Origin: Betaproteobacteria bacterium
GTDB lineage: Bacteria > Pseudomonadota > Gammaproteobacteria > Burkholderiales > SG8-39
Length of the DNA: 64,000 bases
Direction: 5' to 3'
Assembly (NCBI GenBank): GCA_016868105.1
Contig: VGIA01000001.1
Span: 666-64,665, forward strand
The notes below the pieces were generated by a model that saw nothing but the letters and a program-made list of their open reading frames with translations, was not told the origin of the DNA and did no database searches. Made by a program: the position numbers and the translations under genes. Numbering within the stretch: the first letter of the stretch is position 1; the number at the start of each line of letters is the position of its first letter. Shown here piece by piece: positions 11,657 to 21,994 of the stretch.

Positions 11657-12888
11657 CTGGGCTCGAGGGCGCAAGTGCGAAACCCGGCGAAGAGGTCCGA
11701 TCGCTCAGGGACGAAGAAATTCCGGAAGGTGCTGCGCGCGATCCGGGGCGAGGTCGTGAAGCCGCCGCCACGAAGCACCTTGTGATTGCCGAACCAGGGT
11801 TCGGAGTACTCCTTGTACGGGTCGCGCAGGAAGCCGGGGTACGGCAGGAAATCGCTCGAGGTCCACTCCCAGACGTTGCCGATCATCTGCCGCAGACCGA
11901 GCGCGCTGTCGCCTTCGGGATAGGCGTGCACGCCCGCAGTGACCGCGTTGTCGAGATTCGCCATCGAGGGCCGCCAGAGCTCCTCGCCCCACGGGTACGC
12001 GCGCTTGCGGCCGGAAACCGGGTCCCAGGTTGCGGCGAACTCCCACTCGGCCTCGGTGGGCAGGCGGCGGCCGGCGTAACGGCAGAAAGCCTGCGCCTCG
12101 TTCCAGCTAACGTGGATCACCGGCTCGTCGGCCGCCAGCGGCAGCCAGCGCTCAAAGCGGCGCTGCAGCCAAGTCCTCCCATGCTTGCGCCAGTGTGACG
12201 GCGGCGTGCCTCCGGCCTCGACATAGGCAAGATACTCGGCATTGGAAACCACGGTGCGGGCAATCCGGAACGGGGCGACAACGACCGGATGCGCCCACTT
12301 TTCGTTGTCGAACACGAAGCCTGCACCGCGCGCGGCGCCCAGTTCGAAGACCCCGCCCGGAACCGCCACGTCGCCCTGCGCGCACGCGCCACCCACAGGG
12401 TCCCTTTCCGGATGCGGCCGGGAGGCAAGCGACGGCGCCTCGTAGCCCAGCGTGTGGCGGGTGTAGTGGAACGCCTCCGCGTGCATGTCTTCGTGCCGCG
12501 CCGCGAGTCTCGCGAAATATGCGTCCTCCTCGACCCGGAAACCCTGCGCCAGCACGCGCTCCAGAACCTCGTCGCGATAGCGCAGCGTCGCGGCGAAATC
12601 AGGCAGCGGCAGGCTCCAGCGCGAATCGTGCGGCACCGTCGCGGAGTTGTAGAGCGCGTCCGCATTGGGCAGAATCGGCTCATGGCGCGCGACCGCATAC
12701 AGACCCGGCCCGGCCCGCCTCAGGCACCAGTACTCCTGGAACCAGCCCACGTGGCCGATTTCCCAGCGCGGCGGATTGACAATCGGCAGCAGCGGGCCGT
12801 ACTCGCGCGCGCCGCCGAGGTCGTCGGCCATCGCGCGTGTCCGCGCGCGGGCGGCCCGCAGTTCGGCGGCCGGAGTGGAGTCGCTCAT
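11653..12888 (-). CDS. senA: EgtB/SenA-family non-haem-iron sulfoxide/selenoxide synthase (DinB-like + FGE-sulfatase domains); probable selenoneine synthase
   Basis: 411 aa from ATG 12888. DinB-type His ligands: WEIGHVGWFQEYW and ARHEDMHAEAFHY. FGE-sulfatase motifs: HVSWNEAQAFCRYAGRRLPTEAEWEFAA, GNVWEWTSSDF, KVLRGGGF. The SenA rather than EgtB call rests on the divergent SenB-like glycosyltransferase next door. Confidence 0.65.
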   Translation of the reverse strand: MSDSTPAAELRAARARTRAMADDLGGAREYGPLLPIVNPPRWEIGHVGWFQEYWCLRRAGPGLYAVARHEPILPNADALYNSATVPHDSRWSLPLPDFAATLRYRDEVLERVLAQGFRVEEDAYFARLAARHEDMHAEAFHYTRHTLGYEAPSLASRPHPERDPVGGACAQGDVAVPGGVFELGAARGAGFVFDNEKWAHPVVVAPFRIARTVVSNAEYLAYVEAGGTPPSHWRKHGRTWLQRRFERWLPLAADEPVIHVSWNEAQAFCRYAGRRLPTEAEWEFAATWDPVSGRKRAYPWGEELWRPSMANLDNAVTAGVHAYPEGDSALGLRQMIGNVWEWTSSDFLPYPGFLRDPYKEYSEPWFGNHKVLRGGGFTTSPRIARSTFRNFFVPERSDLFAGFRTCALEPR

Positions 12889-12920
12889 GTGCCCTTGCAG
12901 TTTAGCGAACCGGGGCACCC

Positions 12921-13883
12921 ATGAGAATCGCATTGGTCACCCCTGCCGGCGCTGGCTCCCGCGCCGGCAATCGCCACACCGCGCTGCGCTGGGCTGCGAT
13001 GCTGCGCGCGGCCGGGCACCGGGTGTCGGTCGGAACCGCCTGGCAGGCGGGCACCCCGGCCGACCTGATGCTTGCGCTGCATGCGCGCCGCAGCCATGCC
13101 TCGATCAAGGCCTTCGCGCTGGCGCATCCGCAGCGCCCGCTGGTCCTCGCCCTGACCGGAACCGACCTGTACAGGGATATCCGCACCTCGGCCGAGGCCA
13201 GAGCTTCGCTGCGAATGGCACATCGCTTCATCACGTTGCAGCGGCTGGCCGCGCGCGAGCTTCCGCCGGCCCTGCGGCGCAGGGTGCGCGTGGTGGTCCA
13301 GTCCTCCGCGACCTCGCGCCGGCACAGCCCGGTGGCGGGCTCATTCCGCGTCGCGGTGATCGGGCATCTGCGCGAAGAGAAAGACCCGCTGCGCGCGCTG
13401 CTTGCGCTGCAGCGCCTGCCGTCGGAGGCACGCATCGAGATCGTCCAACTCGGCGAGGCGCTGGACGATGCCCTGGCGCATCAGGCGAGGTCCGCCATGC
13501 GGCGCGAGCGGCGCTATCGCTGGCTGGGCAGCGTGCCGCACGACCGCGCACTGCGCTGGCTCGCCTCCAGCCACGTGCTGGCGGTTTCCTCGCGCATGGA
13601 AGGCGGCGCCAACGTCGTGTCCGAGGCAATCCGTATCGGCGTGCCGGTGCTCGCTTCCCGCATTCCCGGAAACGTCGGCCTGCTCGGAGCCGGCTATCCG
13701 GGTTACTTCCCGCCTGGGAACGAGGCGGCGCTGGCGGCCCTGCTGGCGCGGGCGCAGGCCGATGCCGCTTTCTACCGCCGCCTGCGGGCGTGGATGCGAA
13801 AGTTGCGGCCGATGGTAGCGTCGCGCAACGAGGCCGCCGCGTTGCGCGGCGCGCTCAGCTTCGCGCGGCGAGCCGGCGCTTGA
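12921..13883 (+). CDS. senB: GT-B glycosyltransferase resembling selenoneine selenosugar synthase SenB
   Basis: 320 aa: [35 protein letters not shown]...[12 protein letters not shown]...GHLREEKDP...[34 protein letters not shown]. This matches my recollection of the SenB (TIGR04348-type) family. It needs HMM confirmation. Confidence 0.6.
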   Translation: MRIALVTPAGAGSRAGNRHTALRWAAMLRAAGHRVSVGTAWQAGTPADLMLALHARRSHASIKAFALAHPQRPLVLALTGTDLYRDIRTSAEARASLRMAHRFITLQRLAARELPPALRRRVRVVVQSSATSRRHSPVAGSFRVAVIGHLREEKDPLRALLALQRLPSEARIEIVQLGEALDDALAHQARSAMRRERRYRWLGSVPHDRALRWLASSHVLAVSSRMEGGANVVSEAIRIGVPVLASRIPGNVGLLGAGYPGYFPPGNEAALAALLARAQADAAFYRRLRAWMRKLRPMVASRNEAAALRGALSFARRAGA

Positions 13884-14436
13884 CCGGGCCGAAGGAACGG
13901 CGGTGGATCGCCGCCGGCCCGTGCCGCTGCAGCAAAGCGAGGTGCTCCGCGGTCGGATAGCCCTTGTGCCGGTCCAGGCGGTAGGCAGGAAACAGCAGAT
14001 GCAGACGCTGCATTTCCGCGTCGCGCGCGGTCTTGGCGAGAATGGACGCGGCCGAGATCACCGGGTGCAGCCGGTCGCCACCGATGATGGCGCGCACAGC
14101 GCAGGGCAACGCCGGGCAGCGGTTGCCGTCCACCCAGGCCGCGCCGGGAATCATGCCCAGCGCGTCGACCGCACGGCGCATCGCGAGCATGCTGGCCTGG
14201 AGGATGTTGATACGGTCGATTTCCTCCACCGTGGCCGCGGCAACCGCCCAGGCCAGCGCGCGCTCTCGGATCAGGAGCGCCAGCGCCTCGCGCCGCGGTG
14301 CGCTCAGGCGCTTGGAGTCCGCCAGGCCCTCGATTGGCCGGCCGGCATCGAGCACCACCGCAGCAGCGTAGACCGGGCCCGCGATCGGCCCCCGCCCGGC
14401 TTCGTCGATGCCGCAGATTGCGCGCTCAGGTCCCAT
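13855..14436 (-). CDS. rnhB: ribonuclease HII
   Basis: [29 protein letters not shown]...[11 protein letters not shown]...KGYPTAEHL; 193 aa. ATG 14436 overlaps the lpxB stop. Its 3' end overlaps the senB 3' end by 29 bp (convergent). Confidence 0.93.
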   Translation of the reverse strand: MGPERAICGIDEAGRGPIAGPVYAAAVVLDAGRPIEGLADSKRLSAPRREALALLIRERALAWAVAAATVEEIDRINILQASMLAMRRAVDALGMIPGAAWVDGNRCPALPCAVRAIIGGDRLHPVISAASILAKTARDAEMQRLHLLFPAYRLDRHKGYPTAEHLALLQRHGPAAIHRRSFGPVKRRLAARS

Positions 14437-15565
14437 CGAGCAGGCGCAGCACTGCCTCCGCGGCCTTCTCGGCGGTGTTCTGCCGCAGCGCGGCGTGGAT
14501 GTCGCGGAACTTCGCCACCTGCGCGCGTTGCGCGGCCTCGTCCTGCAGCAGCGCGAGCAGCGCATCGGCGAGCGCGCCGGGTGTCGCCTTGTCCTGGATG
14601 AACTCGGGCACCAGTCGCTCGCCGGCGAGGATGTTCGGCAGGCCGATGAACGGCAGGTAGAGCATGCGCTTCATCAGCGCCCAGGTGAGCGGCGACTGCC
14701 GGTAGGTGATCACCATCGGTGTCTTGAACAGCGCGGCCTCGAGCGTCGCGGTGCCACTCGCCGCCAGGGCGATGTCGGCCGCGGCCAGCGCTTCGTGCGA
14801 GTGGCCGAACAAAAGCGTCAGCGGCAGGTCGCGCGCCTCGTTCCGGCGCAGCGCCTGCTCTAGCAGCCCGCGGGTCGCGCGCGACACCGTCGGGCAGACG
14901 AAGTGCAGCTCCGGCGACTCCTGCAGCATGCGGCGTGCGGTCTTGATAAAAAGGTCCGCCATGTAGCGTAGTTCTGAGCGCCGGCTGCCCGGCAGCAGGG
15001 CGACGATGCGGCTGCGCGGCGGCAGGCGCAATTCGGCGCGCGCCGCGCCCTTGTCTGGCTCAAGTGGAATGATGTCCGCAAGCGGATGGCCGACATAGGT
15101 CACCGGGACCCCGGCCTTCTCGTAAAGAGCCGGTTCGAAGGGGAACATGGCGAGGATGTGCGATACCGAGCGCGCGATGCGGCGCAGGCGCCAGCCGCGC
15201 CAGGCCCAGATCGAAGGGCTGACGTATTGAATCGCCGGGATGCCGGCCCGCTTCAGCTCGCGCTCCAGGTCGAGGTTGAAATCGGAGGCATCGACACCGA
15301 TGAACAGCCCGGGCCGGTCGGCGAGGCAGCGGGCCGCCAGCTTCTTGCGGATGCTCATGATCCCGCGGTAATGGCGGAGCACCTCGACGTAGCCGCGCAC
15401 GCCCAACTTGTCCATCGGCACTACTGCGTCGAAACCCTGCGCCGCCATCTTCGGACCGCCGATGCCGTAGAACGCCAGTCCCGGGCGGCGCGCTCTGAGC
15501 GCCGCGATCAGGTGCGCCGCCAGCAGGTCCCCGGAAGCCTCCCCGGCGACCATGGCGATGCGCAT
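14426..15565 (-). CDS. lpxB: lipid-A-disaccharide synthase
   Basis: [24 protein letters not shown]...[10 protein letters not shown]...LPGSRRSE...[20 protein letters not shown]; 379 aa from the internal ATG. Confidence 0.95.
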   Translation of the reverse strand: MRIAMVAGEASGDLLAAHLIAALRARRPGLAFYGIGGPKMAAQGFDAVVPMDKLGVRGYVEVLRHYRGIMSIRKKLAARCLADRPGLFIGVDASDFNLDLERELKRAGIPAIQYVSPSIWAWRGWRLRRIARSVSHILAMFPFEPALYEKAGVPVTYVGHPLADIIPLEPDKGAARAELRLPPRSRIVALLPGSRRSELRYMADLFIKTARRMLQESPELHFVCPTVSRATRGLLEQALRRNEARDLPLTLLFGHSHEALAAADIALAASGTATLEAALFKTPMVITYRQSPLTWALMKRMLYLPFIGLPNILAGERLVPEFIQDKATPGALADALLALLQDEAAQRAQVAKFRDIHAALRQNTAEKAAEAVLRLLDGT

Positions 15566-15600
15566 CGGCGGCGGCGCCGCTGCCTTCCCGTCTGCGCTCA

Positions 15601-16371
15601 CTAGCGGACGATGCCGCGGCTGGAACCGTCCAGGAACGCGGACAGCAGGCGTACTTCGGGCCACTCCGCGGACTGGGCCTCGAGCTCCCGGCGGGCGTCC
15701 TCGAGCGCCAGGCCGGACCGGTACAGGCTGCGATAGGCGCGCTTGAGGGCGTTGACCGAGGCGTCGCTAAAGCCGCGGCGGCGCAATCCCTCGCTGTTGA
15801 TCCCGAACGGCTTGGCCATGTTGCCGGCCGCCTTGACGTAAGGCGGCAGATCGCGGTCGAGGTAGGTCCCCATGCCGGTGAAGCTGTGCGCGCCGATGTG
15901 GACGAACTGGTGCACCAGCGTGGTGGCGCCGAGGATCGCCCAGTCGCCGACGTGGACGTGCCCCGCCAGTTCGCAGGCGTTGGCGAAGATGGTGTGGCTG
16001 CCGATCTGGCAATCGTGCGCGAAGTGCACGTAGGCCATGATCCAGTTGTCGTCGCCGACGCGTGTCACCTGCGCATCGCCGATGGTGCCGCGATTGATGG
16101 TGACGTATTCGCGGATGGTGTTGCCGTCCCCGATCTCGACCGCGGTGTCCTCGCCGGCGTACTTCTTGTCCTGCGGCGGCCCGCCGATCGAGGCGAACTG
16201 CGAAATGCGGTTGTCGCGTCCGATCCGCACCCGGCCCTCGATGACCACGTGCGGGCCGATGACGCTGCCTGGGCCGACTTCGACCGCGGCGCCGATGATC
16301 GTGTAGGCGCCGACCGAGACGCCGGCGCCCAAGCGCGCGCCGGACCCGATGATCGCAGTCGGATGGATCAT
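15601..16371 (-). CDS. lpxA: acyl-ACP--UDP-N-acetylglucosamine O-acyltransferase
   Basis: MIHPTAIIGSGARLGAGVSVGAYTIIG..., hexapeptide repeats, ...GINSEGLRRRGF; 256 aa. Confidence 0.96.
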   Translation of the reverse strand: MIHPTAIIGSGARLGAGVSVGAYTIIGAAVEVGPGSVIGPHVVIEGRVRIGRDNRISQFASIGGPPQDKKYAGEDTAVEIGDGNTIREYVTINRGTIGDAQVTRVGDDNWIMAYVHFAHDCQIGSHTIFANACELAGHVHVGDWAILGATTLVHQFVHIGAHSFTGMGTYLDRDLPPYVKAAGNMAKPFGINSEGLRRRGFSDASVNALKRAYRSLYRSGLALEDARRELEAQSAEWPEVRLLSAFLDGSSRGIVR

Positions 16372-16373
16372 GC

Positions 16374-16820
16374 TTACGGGGCGGTGCGCGCCGTGCAGAG
16401 GATGTCTGCTTGCGCCACCACTGCCTCGCCGACGCTGGCGCTGCAGCCGAACTTCCAGATGCCGCGCCTGGAGGCCAGGATGGTGACCTCGAGCACCAGC
16501 TGATCGCCGGGCACCACCGGCTTCTTGAAGCGGGCGTTGTCGATGCCCGCGTAGTAATACACGGAGGTTTCGTCCGGCCTGGCATTCAGGGTCTTGAACA
16601 CCAGGACGGCAGCCGCCTGCGCCATCGCCTCCAGGATCAGCACGCCCGGCATGACGGGCCGGTGCGGGAAATGGCCCTGGAAGAAGGGCTCATTCACCGA
16701 CACGTTCTTCAGCGCCACGATGCGCCTGCCCGGCTCGCATTCCAGCACCCGGTCTACCATCAGGAACGGGAAGCGCTGCGGCAAGTGCGCGAGCACCTCC
16801 TGGACGTCCATTTCACCCAT
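16374..16820 (-). CDS. fabZ: 3-hydroxyacyl-ACP dehydratase
   Basis: LPQRFPFLMVDRVLE...KNVSVNEPFFQGHFPHRPVMPGVLILEAMAQ. Start is ATG 16820 (alternative 16811), adjacent to the lpxD stop. Confidence 0.95.
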   Translation of the reverse strand: MGEMDVQEVLAHLPQRFPFLMVDRVLECEPGRRIVALKNVSVNEPFFQGHFPHRPVMPGVLILEAMAQAAAVLVFKTLNARPDETSVYYYAGIDNARFKKPVVPGDQLVLEVTILASRRGIWKFGCSASVGEAVVAQADILCTARTAP

Positions 16821-17799
16821 TGCCGCCCCCCGTGGCCTCGAATTTCTTCTCGAGCTCCCGCACGCGCCGCGCCAGCGCGTCCAGATGACGCACCTGCGCG
16901 GTGTTGCGCAACCAGGCGTCATGGCCGTCGGCCGGATACATGCCGGTGTAGGTCCCCGCCTCGCGGATGGAATGCGAGATCACGGTGTTGGCCGAGACGC
17001 GCACATGATCGCAGATCTCCAGATGCCCCAGGATCCGGGCGCCGGCGCCGATGGAGCAGTGGCGGCCGATGCGCGCGCTGCCCGCCACGCCGGAGCAGCC
17101 GGCCATCGCGGTGTGCGCGCCGATGCGGCAGTTGTGGCCGATCTGGATCTGGTTGTCGAGCTTGACCCCATCCTCTAGGACGGTGTCTTCCAGCGCGCCG
17201 CGGTCGATGCAGCAGTTGGCGCCGATCTCGACGTCGTCGCCGATCAGGACCGAGCCGATCTGGGGAATCTTCACCCAGCGCCCGCCGTCGGCGGCGATGC
17301 CGAATCCGTCGGCGCCGATCACGACTCCGGAGTGGATGATCGCCCGCGCCCCGATGCGGCAGCCGGGATACACCACCACGCCCGGATAAAGGCAGCTGTC
17401 GTCGCCAACCTGGACGCCTTCGCCGATGACGCAGCCGGCGCCGACAGAGACTCGCGCGCCGAGCCGGGCCGAGGCCGCGATGCTGGCGGCCGGGTGCGCG
17501 CCTGCGGGCTGCAGCACCACCGGATTGAACAGCTGCGAGACCCTGGCGAAATAGGCGTAGGGATTGTCGGCAACAATGCGAGGCAGTTCAGTGAGGCTCT
17601 CGGCTTCGGCGCCCAGCACCACGGCCGAGGCGCGCGTTGCGGCCAGCTGACTGCGATACTTCGGGTTGGCGAGAAAGCCGATCTGTCCTTCGCCCGCCGC
17701 CTGCAGCGAGCCGACCTGGCGGATCAGTACGCCCGTGTCGCCGGCGACCCTGCCGCCGAGCTGCGACGCGATTTGGCCGAGCGTGAGCGGGCCCGGCAT
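16813..17799 (-). CDS. lpxD: UDP-3-O-acylglucosamine N-acyltransferase
   Basis: MPGPLTLGQIASQLGGRV...FLANPKYRSQL..., a long hexapeptide region; 328 aa. Confidence 0.95.
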   Translation of the reverse strand: MPGPLTLGQIASQLGGRVAGDTGVLIRQVGSLQAAGEGQIGFLANPKYRSQLAATRASAVVLGAEAESLTELPRIVADNPYAYFARVSQLFNPVVLQPAGAHPAASIAASARLGARVSVGAGCVIGEGVQVGDDSCLYPGVVVYPGCRIGARAIIHSGVVIGADGFGIAADGGRWVKIPQIGSVLIGDDVEIGANCCIDRGALEDTVLEDGVKLDNQIQIGHNCRIGAHTAMAGCSGVAGSARIGRHCSIGAGARILGHLEICDHVRVSANTVISHSIREAGTYTGMYPADGHDAWLRNTAQVRHLDALARRVRELEKKFEATGGGNG

Positions 17800-17800
17800 G

Positions 17801-18319
17801 TCATCGCGCGGGGGGCTTGCCGTCCAGCGCGCGGATCACTTTGTCGGTGATGTCGATGCGGGGGCTGAAATACACCGCGTCCTGCAGGATGAGGTCGAAC
17901 TTTTCCGCCTCGGCGATCTGACGGATGACGCGGTTGGCCGCCTCCACCACGGTCGCCAACTCCTCGTTCTTGCGCTGGTTGGCGTCTTCCTGCAGCTCGC
18001 GGCGCTTGCGCTGGAAGTCCCGGTTGAGCTCGTTGAAGTCGCGCTCCTTGCTGCGGCGCTGGCTCTCGGGCATCGTGAGCCCGTTCTTGTCCAGGTCGTC
18101 CTGCATCCGCTTCAGCTGCTCGCCCATTTTGTTGAGCTCCTGCTCGCGGCGGGCGAACTCGGTTTCCAGCTTCTTCTGCGCGCGCGCGGCCGGCGCCGAG
18201 TCGCGCAGGATCCGTTCAGTACTGACGTAGCCGATCTTGCCTTCGGCAAGCACCGGCAATGCGGGCAGCGCGGTCGCCAGGGCGACGGCTGCGGCGGCGA
18301 TCAAGTTGTGTCTCAGCAT
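17801..18319 (-). CDS. skp: OmpH/Skp periplasmic chaperone
   Basis: Signal peptide MLRHNLIAAAAVALATALPALPVLA, followed by coiled-coil Lys/Glu/Arg-rich sequence. It sits in the conserved position between bamA and lpxD. Confidence 0.9.
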   Translation of the reverse strand: MLRHNLIAAAAVALATALPALPVLAEGKIGYVSTERILRDSAPAARAQKKLETEFARREQELNKMGEQLKRMQDDLDKNGLTMPESQRRSKERDFNELNRDFQRKRRELQEDANQRKNEELATVVEAANRVIRQIAEAEKFDLILQDAVYFSPRIDITDKVIRALDGKPPAR

Positions 18320-18332
18320 GTGGCGTTGACCA

Positions 18333-20618
18333 TCAGAAGGTCGACCCGATGGTCAATTGTAACCGTTCAACGCGATCAAAGCCGGTCTTGTCGTTCAGTG
18401 GCTGCGCGATCGAGATTTTGAGTGGTCCTAACGGCGAATTCCAGGCCAGCGCCACACCCGTCGCGTAGCGCAGGTCGGAAATAGAGAACTTCTCGGTCTT
18501 GCCGTAGGTCTGGCCGGCATCCAGGAACGCCGCCAGGCGCATGGTGCGGTCGAGCCCCGCGCCCGGTACCGGGAACAGGACCTCGGCGCCCCCGGAGAGC
18601 TTGCGGGTGCCCCCGAGCACGTTGCGAGACGCGTCCTGGGGGCCGAGTGAGAGCGGCCTGTAGCCGCGCACGCTGCCCGGACCGCCGGCGTAGAAGTTCT
18701 TGAAGAACGGCACCGGCTTGTTGCCAAGGCCGTTGACGTAGCCGAAATCGCCGCCGAGCGCGAAGGTGAAGCTACGGGTGAGCGGATGGAACCACTGCGC
18801 GGCCAGACTGCCCCGGTAGAACTGCAGGTCTCCGCCGGCGAGTTCCAGGCTCGTCCGGGCGGTGTACCCCCGGGTTGGAATCAGTGCGCTGTCCCGCGTA
18901 TCGCCCGCCCAACCGATTGTCGCCGTGGCGTAGCTGTAGTTGTTGCCGAACTGATTGACAAAGTTGATGTACGAAACCGGGCTGCTTGGATTGGTCTCAA
19001 GTTTAACCTTCTCGGCATTGAGACCGAAATTGATCGAGTCCTTTTCTGACAGCGGGTAGCCCAACTTGATGCCGCTGCCCAGCGTGTTGGTGGTGTAGGA
19101 GCCGATCGCCAGGGACGAGGCGTTCGTCTTGCGGTGGTAGGCATCGAAGCCTTGGCTGATGCCATCAACAGTGAAGTAGGGATCGAGGTACGACAGCGCG
19201 TAGATGGCGTTCACTTTCCCGGAGTTCACCTGCGCGGAGATGAACTTGCCGCTGCCGAAGACGTTGGACTGCGACACCGAGCCCGACACCACGACCCTGT
19301 CCACCGAGGAGAAGCCCGCGCCCAGCATAAACGCTCCGGTCGGCTTCTCCTCGACCGTGAAGGACACGTCCACCTGGTCCGGATTCTGCGCCACCGGAAC
19401 GGTCTCGACGTTGACGTCCTTGAAGTACTCGGTGCGGTCGATGCGCGACTTCGAGAGCTGGATCTTCGAGGCATCGTAGTAGGCGCCTTCCAACTGGCGC
19501 ATCTCGCGGCGCACCACCTCGTCCCGGGTCTGGGTGTTGCCGGCGACGTTGATCCGCCGCACGTAGACTCTGCGGCCGGGGTCGATGACGATGGTGAACG
19601 CCACCGTGCGCTTTTCCTTGTCCACCTGCGGCACGGCACTGGCGTTGGCGAAGGCATGGCCCTCGTTGCCCAGCCGGTCGGCGATCGCCTTGGTGCTCTC
19701 GACCAGGCGCTCGCGCGAGAACACCTCGCCCGCCCTGATCTTCACCAGCTTCTCCAGTTCCGGCTTCGGCACCAGCATCTGCCCCGCCAGCTGCACATCG
19801 GAGACGCTGTACTTCTCGCCCTCGCTGATGTTGATCCTGATGTAGATGTCACGCCGATCGGGCGTGATCGAGACCTGAGTGGAATCGACGTTGAAGTCAA
19901 GGTAACCGCGGTTCTGGTAGTGCGAGCGCAGCGTCTCGATGTCGGCGGTAAGCTTCTGGCGCGAATACCGGTCGTGCTTGGTGTACCAGGTGATCCAGCC
20001 CGGCGTGCGCAGCATGAAAAGCTCCAGCAGAGACCTCTCGCTGAAGGCCTGCGCGCCAACGATGTTGATGGAGCGGATCTTCGCCACCCCGCCCTCGGTG
20101 ACCGTGAAGTTGATGCCGACGCGATTGCGCTCGAGTGGAGTCACCGTGGACTGCACTTGCGCCGCGTAAAGGCCGCGGGACAGGTACTGGCGCTTGATTT
20201 CCTGCTGCGCGGTGTCCAGCAGGGAACGGTCGAAGGTGCGGCCTTCCACGAGGCCCAGCTCGCGCAGCACCTTGCGCAGCACTTCGTTATCGAATTCCTT
20301 GAAGCCGGAGAAATCCAGCTGCGCGATCGAGGGTCGCTCCTCGACCAGGACGACGAGGACGTCGTTCTCCACCTCCAGCCGCACGTCGCGGAAGAAGCCG
20401 GTCGCGAACAGGGCGCGCAGCGCCTGCTGCGCCTTTTCCTCGGTCATCAGCTCGCCAACCTTGACCGGCAGGTAGCTGAACACGGTGCCGGGCTCGGTGC
20501 GCTGCAGGCCCTCGACGCGGATGTCCTTGACGGTGAAAGGAAGGAAAGTCTGCGCCACCGCCGCCTGCGCAAGGGCCAGGAGGATGAGCGCGGCGGCGGC
20601 CAGGAACCGAATGCGCAT
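18333..20618 (-). CDS. bamA: outer membrane protein assembly factor BamA
   Basis: MRIRFLAAAALILLALAQAAVA signal peptide, POTRA repeats (FTVKDIRVEGLQRTEPGTVFSYLP...) and a beta-barrel ending ...LQLTIGSTF; 761 aa from ATG 20618. The track ORF extension to 21023 is spurious. Confidence 0.95.
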   Translation of the reverse strand: MRIRFLAAAALILLALAQAAVAQTFLPFTVKDIRVEGLQRTEPGTVFSYLPVKVGELMTEEKAQQALRALFATGFFRDVRLEVENDVLVVLVEERPSIAQLDFSGFKEFDNEVLRKVLRELGLVEGRTFDRSLLDTAQQEIKRQYLSRGLYAAQVQSTVTPLERNRVGINFTVTEGGVAKIRSINIVGAQAFSERSLLELFMLRTPGWITWYTKHDRYSRQKLTADIETLRSHYQNRGYLDFNVDSTQVSITPDRRDIYIRINISEGEKYSVSDVQLAGQMLVPKPELEKLVKIRAGEVFSRERLVESTKAIADRLGNEGHAFANASAVPQVDKEKRTVAFTIVIDPGRRVYVRRINVAGNTQTRDEVVRREMRQLEGAYYDASKIQLSKSRIDRTEYFKDVNVETVPVAQNPDQVDVSFTVEEKPTGAFMLGAGFSSVDRVVVSGSVSQSNVFGSGKFISAQVNSGKVNAIYALSYLDPYFTVDGISQGFDAYHRKTNASSLAIGSYTTNTLGSGIKLGYPLSEKDSINFGLNAEKVKLETNPSSPVSYINFVNQFGNNYSYATATIGWAGDTRDSALIPTRGYTARTSLELAGGDLQFYRGSLAAQWFHPLTRSFTFALGGDFGYVNGLGNKPVPFFKNFYAGGPGSVRGYRPLSLGPQDASRNVLGGTRKLSGGAEVLFPVPGAGLDRTMRLAAFLDAGQTYGKTEKFSISDLRYATGVALAWNSPLGPLKISIAQPLNDKTGFDRVERLQLTIGSTF

Positions 20619-20629
20619 CTGGGATAAAG

Positions 20630-21994
20630 CTATCCGGAGAACAGTCGATTCAGGTCGTTGTAGAAAGCGAATGCCATGATGACCAGCAGCAGTGCCAGAC
20701 CCGCGCGCTGGCCGAGTTCGATGGCACGCTCGGACACGGGGCTTCCCTTCACAAACTCGAGCGCATAATACATCAGGTGTCCGCCATCCAGCAGTGGAAT
20801 CGGCAGCAGATTGAGCACCCCGAGACTGATGCTGATCAGGGCCAGGAACGTCGCGTAGGACAGCCATCCCATCTGCGCCGACTGCCCGGCATAGTCGGCG
20901 ATGGTGACCGGCCCCGAGAGGTGCTTCCAGGACACTTCGCCGAGCAGCATCCGTCCCAGCATTTTCAGGCTGAATACGGATATGTCCCATGTCTTGGCGA
21001 CTGCCCGCGTCAGGCTTTCCCAAGCGCCGTAGGACACCTGGACCAGGACGCGGCTGGCATGCGACGGCGAAAGCAGCGGGCCGGCGCCGATGCGGCCGAT
21101 ACGCTGCCCGCCCTCGTTCACGGCCTCGGGCAGGACCTCCACCGCGCGCACGACGCCCTCGCGCTCCACCTTGATTTTCAACACCCGGTCGGGCCGCTCG
21201 CGCACCAGGCCGACCAGGTCCTCCCAGGCGGCCACCGGCTTGCCCTCGGCCTCCAGCACCCGGTCGTTGCTGCGCAACCCGGCGCGGTCCGCTGCGCCGC
21301 CCGCCACCACGCGTCCCAGCACCGGCTCGAGCGGCGGCCGGTACAGCCGCAGACCGATCCGTTCCATGGCGTCGCTCTCAAACTCCCTCGAGCGAAAGCC
21401 GCGCAGATCGAGCAGCCGGACCGATATGCTGCCGCTGGTGGCGGCGACCTCCAGGCGCAGCACCTCGCGCTGCAGAGCGCCCCGGATCACGCGCCAGCGC
21501 AGTTCCTGCCAGGTGGCGATCGCCTCCCCGTCGACGCTGCGCACGGTGTCCCCGGCGCGCAATCCGGCTTCGAGCGCCACCGTGCCCGCGGCGGGCTCGG
21601 CCGTCACCGGGCGCGCCTCCGGCATGCCGTGCATGTACAAGCCGGCATAGATCAGGATCGCGAACAGGAAATTGAACACCGGCCCGGCGATGACGATGAG
21701 GAAGCGCCGCCCCAAGCTCTGGCGGTTGAAGGAGCGCCCGGCCTCCTGCGGCGCCACCGCGGCATCGCGTTCGTCGAGCATCTTGACGTAGCCGCCAAAC
21801 GGGATCGCCGCCAGCACCCATTCGGTGGCGTCGCGGCCGAAACGCCGCACCAGCAGCGGGCGGCCGAAGCCGACCGAGAAGCGCAGCACCCGCACGTTGC
21901 AAAGGCGCGCGGCGAGGTAGTGGCCGTACTCGTGCACCACGATCAGCACGCCGAGCGCGACCACGAATGCCGCCAGGGTGTTGAGGACGCTCAC
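20630..21994 (-). CDS. rseP: RIP zinc metalloprotease RseP
   Basis: [30 protein letters not shown] (HExxH), PDZ regions and ...[15 protein letters not shown] 21994 forms a GTGA overlap with the dxr stop; 454 aa. Confidence 0.93.
   Translation of the reverse strand: MSVLNTLAAFVVALGVLIVVHEYGHYLAARLCNVRVLRFSVGFGRPLLVRRFGRDATEWVLAAIPFGGYVKMLDERDAAVAPQEAGRSFNRQSLGRRFLIVIAGPVFNFLFAILIYAGLYMHGMPEARPVTAEPAAGTVALEAGLRAGDTVRSVDGEAIATWQELRWRVIRGALQREVLRLEVAATSGSISVRLLDLRGFRSREFESDAMERIGLRLYRPPLEPVLGRVVAGGAADRAGLRSNDRVLEAEGKPVAAWEDLVGLVRERPDRVLKIKVEREGVVRAVEVLPEAVNEGGQRIGRIGAGPLLSPSHASRVLVQVSYGAWESLTRAVAKTWDISVFSLKMLGRMLLGEVSWKHLSGPVTIADYAGQSAQMGWLSYATFLALISISLGVLNLLPIPLLDGGHLMYYALEFVKGSPVSERAIELGQRAGLALLLVIMAFAFYNDLNRLFSG

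Noticed and set aside
18333-19060. Lower-GC stretches and rare codons (TTA, CAA, AAA, GGA) in the 3' part of bamA, with smaller patches in lpxB (~14940-14980), rseP (~20940-21000) and cdsA (~23440-23600).
   Set aside because: The boundaries are gradual and the codons mixed. The encoded segments are rich in Asn, Lys, Tyr and Phe (beta-barrel and membrane regions), which lowers GC on its own. These stretches are not comparable to the sharp ppsA patch.
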